Shown in pieces: positions 59,541 to 64,000 of a stretch of 64,000 nucleotides of DNA (position 1 is its first letter; every line of letters begins with the position of its first letter). The notes under the pieces were generated by a model. It saw nothing but the letters and a program-made list of their open reading frames with translations. It did not search any database and had not been told where the DNA came from. A program made the position numbers and the translations under genes. The DNA is taken from positions 116,088-180,087 of the forward strand of contig MTMI02000003.1 in the NCBI GenBank assembly GCA_002011165.2, read 5' to 3'. This stretch comes from Candidatus Mnemosynella biddleae. Lineage in GTDB: Archaea; Halobacteriota; Archaeoglobi; Mnemosynellales; Mnemosynellaceae.

Positions 59541-62084
59541 GTGATAGGACGCTCTAAAGAATATTCCGATGAAGAGATCCTGAACCATCTTGAACCGACA
59601 ATAGCAGAGTGGTTCAGGAAGAAATACGGATTCTTTACTCCTCCTCAGAAACACGCAATAATAGAGATAGCAAGGAGGAGAAATATTCTGATATGTTCCC
59701 CTACAGGGACAGGAAAAACAATGGCGGGTTTCCTTGCGATAATAGATTATCTGTTCAAACTTTCTCTCAGAGGAGAACTTGAAGATAAGGTATATTGTCT
59801 ATATATCTCTCCTCTCAAAGCCCTTGGAAACGACATTCAGAAGAATTTGAAAGAGCCTCTGAGAGAGATTTCCGAGCTTGCCAAGAAGAAAGGAATCGAG
59901 CTGAACATACGAGTAGGTGTGAGAACTGGAGACACTCCTCAAAACGAGAGGCAGAAGATGTTGAGGGAGCCTCCGCACATCCTCATTACGACGCCTGAGA
60001 CTGCTTCCATAATACTCAACGCACCTAAATTCAGAGAGCATCTTAGAGCTCTGGAGTTCGTGATAGTGGATGAGATCCATGATGTGGCGGATAACAAAAG
60101 AGGTGCTCATCTCAGCATCACACTAGAGAGGCTTCAGCATCTCTGTGAAAAGGAGTTCACAAGAGTGGGAATGAGTGCAACGATACACCCGGTGGAAGAG
60201 GTTGCGAGATTCCTGATAGGAGTTGAGGAGAGAGGATGTATTATTGCAGATGTTGCTTTCGAGAAGAAGATCGAGCTCAGAGTTGAAACTCCATCTTCCG
60301 ACATTCTCGGAGATCCAGAGATAACGGAGAAGATGTACAAAAGAATAAAAGAGCTTGTGGAATCTCACAGGGGAGTTCTAATATTCACGAATACAAGATC
60401 GGGAGCAGAGAGAGTTGCATATCATCTCTCGAAACTCCTCAAAGATGAAGTAGGCGCTCACCACAGCTCCCTCTCAAGAGAGATAAGATTGAGTGTTGAA
60501 GAGGCGCTGAAGGAGGGAAAGCTAAAAGCAGTAGCCTGTTCCTCATCCCTAGAGCTCGGGATAGATATAGGTCACATAGAGCTCTGCATCTTGGTTGGAT
60601 CGCCCAAGAGCGCGATAAGACTCCTTCAAAGAGTTGGAAGATCGGGTCATGGAATTCATGAAACTGCAAAGGGAGTTATCATTGCGATGGATAGAGATGA
60701 TCTTATAGAGTGCCTCGTCCTCTCGGACTGCGCTCTGAAAAAGAAGCTCGACAGAATTCAAATAGTAGGTCCCGCTCTCGATGTTCTGGCTCAGCAAATC
60801 GTTGGGATGGCTCTTGAGAAGAGATGGAGTGTTGAGGAAGCTTATGAAGTTGTGAGAAAAGCTTATCCATACAGAAACCTGAGAAAGGAGGATTTTCTCA
60901 ACGTTCTGAGATATCTCTCCGGAAAATACGAACATCTCGAAGAGAGGAAAGTTTATCCCAAAGTCTGGTTTGATGAGGAGGAAGGAGTTTTTGGAAGAAG
61001 GAAAAGCAGTAGGATGATATATATGACCCACGTGGGAACGATTCCCTCCGAGGTTTCAATTGACGTCTATCTAAAGGAACCGAAGAGGTGGATAGGAAAG
61101 ATAGACGAACCCTTCTTGGAGAGGCTTTCAAAAGGAGATATCTTTGTTCTCGGAGGAAATACATATCGTTTCCTCAGTTCTTCGGACACGAGGATTTATG
61201 TTGAGAAAGTTGAAGGAACTCCAACGATTCCATCTTGGATAGGAGAGATGCTTCCGCTCTCATTCGATTCTGCATGTGAAGTGGGAGAATTCAGAAGAAA
61301 GGCTGAAGAGATGTTGAAAAGAGGAGAATTCAGAATAGAGAGTGATGTCCTCAGTGGGGATGCAAAGAGATGCATTGAAGATTACTTCAGAGAGCAGATA
61401 AGCTTCTGCGGGATGATTCCTCATAGAAAAAGGATTATAGTTGAGAGTTACGAAGAAGATGGAATTTATAACATCATTGTCCATGCGATCTTTGGAAGAA
61501 GGGTTATAGATGCTATTTCGAGAGCCTTAGCTTATCTAATCTCAAGGAATTACAGAACAAATGTAAGTGTGACTATAAGCGATAATGGGTTCATTCTGAG
61601 ATGCACGAAGAGAGTTCCTCTAGAAGAAATTCTCTCTCTGAGGTCTTCCGAGCTGAGAGGAGTTCTGAGGAGAGCAATAAGAAATACGGAGCTTTTCCTC
61701 AGAAGATTTAGACACTGTGCCAACAGAGCTCTTATGGTTCTCAGAAGCTACAGAGGACATCAGATAAGAATAGGTAAACAGCAGAGAAGCTCGGAGTTCA
61801 TTCTGAGTTCTGCTGAGAGAATAGAAGGATTTCCTGTTGTTGAGGAGACTTACAGAGAGATACTCGAAGAAGTAATGGATGTAAAGAATGCAGAGAGAGT
61901 TCTCGAAGAGATAGAGAATGGAGAGATTGAAGTTGTTTTCCTTAAGGATGTTATTTATCCCTCTCCTTTCGCTCACAATCTTGTGGCTCTTGGACTGAGC
62001 GATGTAGTGCTTATGGAATCCAGAAGAGAACTCCTTCTTGAGATGCACAGGAAGGTGATGGAGTACATTGAAGCGAATAGCTGA
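59541..62084 (+). CDS. lhr: Lhr-core ATP-dependent helicase
   Basis: PTGTGKT, ITTPE, DEIH, SAT, HHSSLS, LELGID, QRVGRSGH. Confidence 0.95.
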   Translation: MIGRSKEYSDEEILNHLEPTIAEWFRKKYGFFTPPQKHAIIEIARRRNILICSPTGTGKTMAGFLAIIDYLFKLSLRGELEDKVYCLYISPLKALGNDIQKNLKEPLREISELAKKKGIELNIRVGVRTGDTPQNERQKMLREPPHILITTPETASIILNAPKFREHLRALEFVIVDEIHDVADNKRGAHLSITLERLQHLCEKEFTRVGMSATIHPVEEVARFLIGVEERGCIIADVAFEKKIELRVETPSSDILGDPEITEKMYKRIKELVESHRGVLIFTNTRSGAERVAYHLSKLLKDEVGAHHSSLSREIRLSVEEALKEGKLKAVACSSSLELGIDIGHIELCILVGSPKSAIRLLQRVGRSGHGIHETAKGVIIAMDRDDLIECLVLSDCALKKKLDRIQIVGPALDVLAQQIVGMALEKRWSVEEAYEVVRKAYPYRNLRKEDFLNVLRYLSGKYEHLEERKVYPKVWFDEEEGVFGRRKSSRMIYMTHVGTIPSEVSIDVYLKEPKRWIGKIDEPFLERLSKGDIFVLGGNTYRFLSSSDTRIYVEKVEGTPTIPSWIGEMLPLSFDSACEVGEFRRKAEEMLKRGEFRIESDVLSGDAKRCIEDYFREQISFCGMIPHRKRIIVESYEEDGIYNIIVHAIFGRRVIDAISRALAYLISRNYRTNVSVTISDNGFILRCTKRVPLEEILSLRSSELRGVLRRAIRNTELFLRRFRHCANRALMVLRSYRGHQIRIGKQQRSSEFILSSAERIEGFPVVEETYREILEEVMDVKNAERVLEEIENGEIEVVFLKDVIYPSPFAHNLVALGLSDVVLMESRRELLLEMHRKVMEYIEANS

Positions 62085-62796
62085 TGAGATTGAGATCTTT
62101 GAGTATTATCCGGCTTGTATTATAGATGATTCTCTCGTGATTGCCGATGTACACCTCGGGTATGAGGAAGCGATGAGCTTAGATGGGACTTCGGTATTTC
62201 ACAGACAAATAGACGATCTCAAAAGGGTGTTGGAGCTCATCTTCGAAGAGAGTGGAGTGGACAGACTCGTGATAAACGGAGATCTGAAGCATACTTTCGA
62301 GAGAGCCACTCCCGAAGAATGGGAAGATCTCCCAGAATTCATCGAAAAAGCTCTTGAATACGCAAAAGAGATAATATTGGTGAGGGGGAATCATGACACG
62401 ATTCTTGGTCCTTTGAAAAGATACAAAAGGGTGAGAATTGTGGATGAACTGAATATTGGTGATCTCAAACTCGTGCACGGACACAAGATGGTTGGTGGAG
62501 AGAGACTCCTGATTGCTCATGAGCATCCAGTAGTTCTTCTTGGTGACAGGGTAGGAGCCAGAATAAAAGTTCCTTGCTTTCTTCACAGCGAAGAACTTAG
62601 ACTAACAGTCATGCCTGCATTTTCTCCAATCGTTGGAGGGACTCCAATTAATCTTTTGGCGAGAGGAGAGTTTCTTTCTCCGATTCTCAATGAGAGTGGT
62701 GTGGATGAGATGAAAGTTTTCTGTATTGATGAGGAAACTGGGATGCTCGAGTTCCCTGAGCTAAAGAGGTGGCGCGACATATCGCTTAATCTCTGA
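62068..62796 (+). CDS. Lhr-associated metallophosphoesterase
   Basis: ADVHLG, NGDLKH, GNHD, HGH, HEHP, PAFS. Confidence 0.9.
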   Translation: MKRIADEIEIFEYYPACIIDDSLVIADVHLGYEEAMSLDGTSVFHRQIDDLKRVLELIFEESGVDRLVINGDLKHTFERATPEEWEDLPEFIEKALEYAKEIILVRGNHDTILGPLKRYKRVRIVDELNIGDLKLVHGHKMVGGERLLIAHEHPVVLLGDRVGARIKVPCFLHSEELRLTVMPAFSPIVGGTPINLLARGEFLSPILNESGVDEMKVFCIDEETGMLEFPELKRWRDISLNL

Positions 62797-62806
62797 GGTG
62801 AAGGAA

Positions 62807-63544
62807 ATGATAGAGAGGATAATGGAAATGGGGAGAAAATCCAGAGGAACAATTGGGATAGGAATGGCCGAAGAGGATGAAAGAATAAAAAAAGCAGTTG
62901 AGAGAGCAGAGAAATACATGGAAGTGAGAATCTTTAACGACTCGGAGGAGCTTCTTGATGAACTCAGAAGTGGGGGAATAGAAGCCGGAGTTAGAGGGAC
63001 TTTAAGCGCATCAAAAACAATTTTAAGGCTCAGGAAAATTTATTCAAGTTATATTGGAAGAGTTGCCTTATTTAGAGTTAAAAACTTCGAGTTCTTCTTT
63101 CTTCCCGTGGGAGTTGACGAAGGGAGAGATCTTGAGGAGAAGCTAAAAATGATTGGAGAGACAGAGAGAATTCTCGAAGCTCTCGGAATTGAGATGAAGT
63201 GTGCGGTTCTTTCTGGAGGTAGAATTGAGGATTTGGGAAGAGATGAGAGAGTGGACGAGACGATAAGAGAGGCTGAGGAGCTTGTAGCGAGAATTGGAGG
63301 GAGAGCCAAGCATTTTCAGATTCTCATAGAAGATGCAATAAAATGGGCAAATCTCATTGTCGCTCCTGAAGGAATCTCCGGAAACCTTATCTTCAGATCT
63401 CTGATTCTAATAGGTGAAGGAGAAGAGTACGGTGCTCCTGTTCTCGGAATTCCAGAGATCTTCGTGGACACTTCGAGAGCTATGAGAGAAGACGGATATT
63501 TAAGATCGCTTCTCATGGCAAATGCTTTAAGGTGTATAAGATGA
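62807..63544 (+). CDS. mtxX: Methanogenesis marker protein 4 (MtxX-like)
   Basis: VRGTLSA, PVGVDEG, LSGGR.EDLGR, ILIEDA, GISGNLIFR, FVDTSRA. Confidence 0.85.
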   Translation: MIERIMEMGRKSRGTIGIGMAEEDERIKKAVERAEKYMEVRIFNDSEELLDELRSGGIEAGVRGTLSASKTILRLRKIYSSYIGRVALFRVKNFEFFFLPVGVDEGRDLEEKLKMIGETERILEALGIEMKCAVLSGGRIEDLGRDERVDETIREAEELVARIGGRAKHFQILIEDAIKWANLIVAPEGISGNLIFRSLILIGEGEEYGAPVLGIPEIFVDTSRAMREDGYLRSLLMANALRCIR

Positions 63545-64000
63545 GCAGAGGATGTGAGCTCTGTGAAATAGGAGCAAAGATGGTTCTCTTCGTAAGTGGG
63601 AAATGTCTTGGATCCTGCTTTTACTGCCCGATTTCAGAGAAGAGAAGAGGTGATGTTATCTACGCCAATGAGAGACCTGTGAAGAGAGATGAAGATGTTT
63701 TGGAAGAGGCAAAACTGATGGATGCTCTTGGAACTGGAATAACTGGTGGAGAGCCACTTTTGAAGATTGAAAGGGTTATTCACTACGCAAAATTGCTGAA
63801 AAAGGAATTCGGAAGAGAGCATCACATCCACCTTTATACTTCTCTAGCTCCTCCAAAAAAAGTCATTGATATTCTGAAAAGTGCTGGGATAGATGAGCTC
63901 AGATTTCATCCTCCAATGGAGCTTTGGGATAAGATAGATCAAACAGAATACCCAAAAGTGATGAAATACGCAAGGGAAAAGGGATTTGAGGTCGGTTTTG
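63541..64000 (+). CDS. Radical SAM protein, N-terminal part (runs off window)
   Basis: Own translation MSRGCELCEIGAKMVLFVSGKCLGSCFYCPIS...ANERP...GITGGEPL...HIHLYT...DELRFHP. Confidence 0.88.
   Translation, partial: MSRGCELCEIGAKMVLFVSGKCLGSCFYCPISEKRRGDVIYANERPVKRDEDVLEEAKLMDALGTGITGGEPLLKIERVIHYAKLLKKEFGREHHIHLYTSLAPPKKVIDILKSAGIDELRFHPPMELWDKIDQTEYPKVMKYAREKGFEVGF

Noticed and set aside
59541-62796. Lhr helicase plus phosphoesterase as a novel defence system
   Set aside because: Lhr-core with a metallophosphoesterase is an already described, widespread repair-associated pair

Overview
Gene-dense archaeal chromosome segment, probably from a thermophilic anaerobic Halobacteriota/Euryarchaeota lineage (inference). 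It has PGF-CTERM surface proteins, an HSR1-type heat-shock operator, F420 and methanopterin genes, a complete hdrACB-mvhDGA operon, and methanogenesis marker proteins 11 and 4/MtxX, so an MCR/ACR-type metabolism is plausible, although no mcr gene lies in the window. Most genes are housekeeping (purF, guaB, tyrS, polB, cdc48, aro/tyr, thi, lhr). Accessory or unusual elements: a 988-aa S-layer-like gene with a highly structured 5' leader; HEPN-MNT and decayed vapBC toxin-antitoxin loci; four pseudogenes; a mosaic tandem duplication of a CaCA antiporter; a TrmO-dUTPase fusion whose start and the upstream stop are both lost by a single ATGA>ACGA change; an aIF-1A gene with no canonical in-frame start (probable CTG); an eroded ThiN domain beside thiE; and a 10-bp-phased repeat array upstream of a two-gene envelope operon. 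I saw no rRNA, complete tRNA, CRISPR array or transposase. All family assignments come from motif recognition by eye, not database searches.
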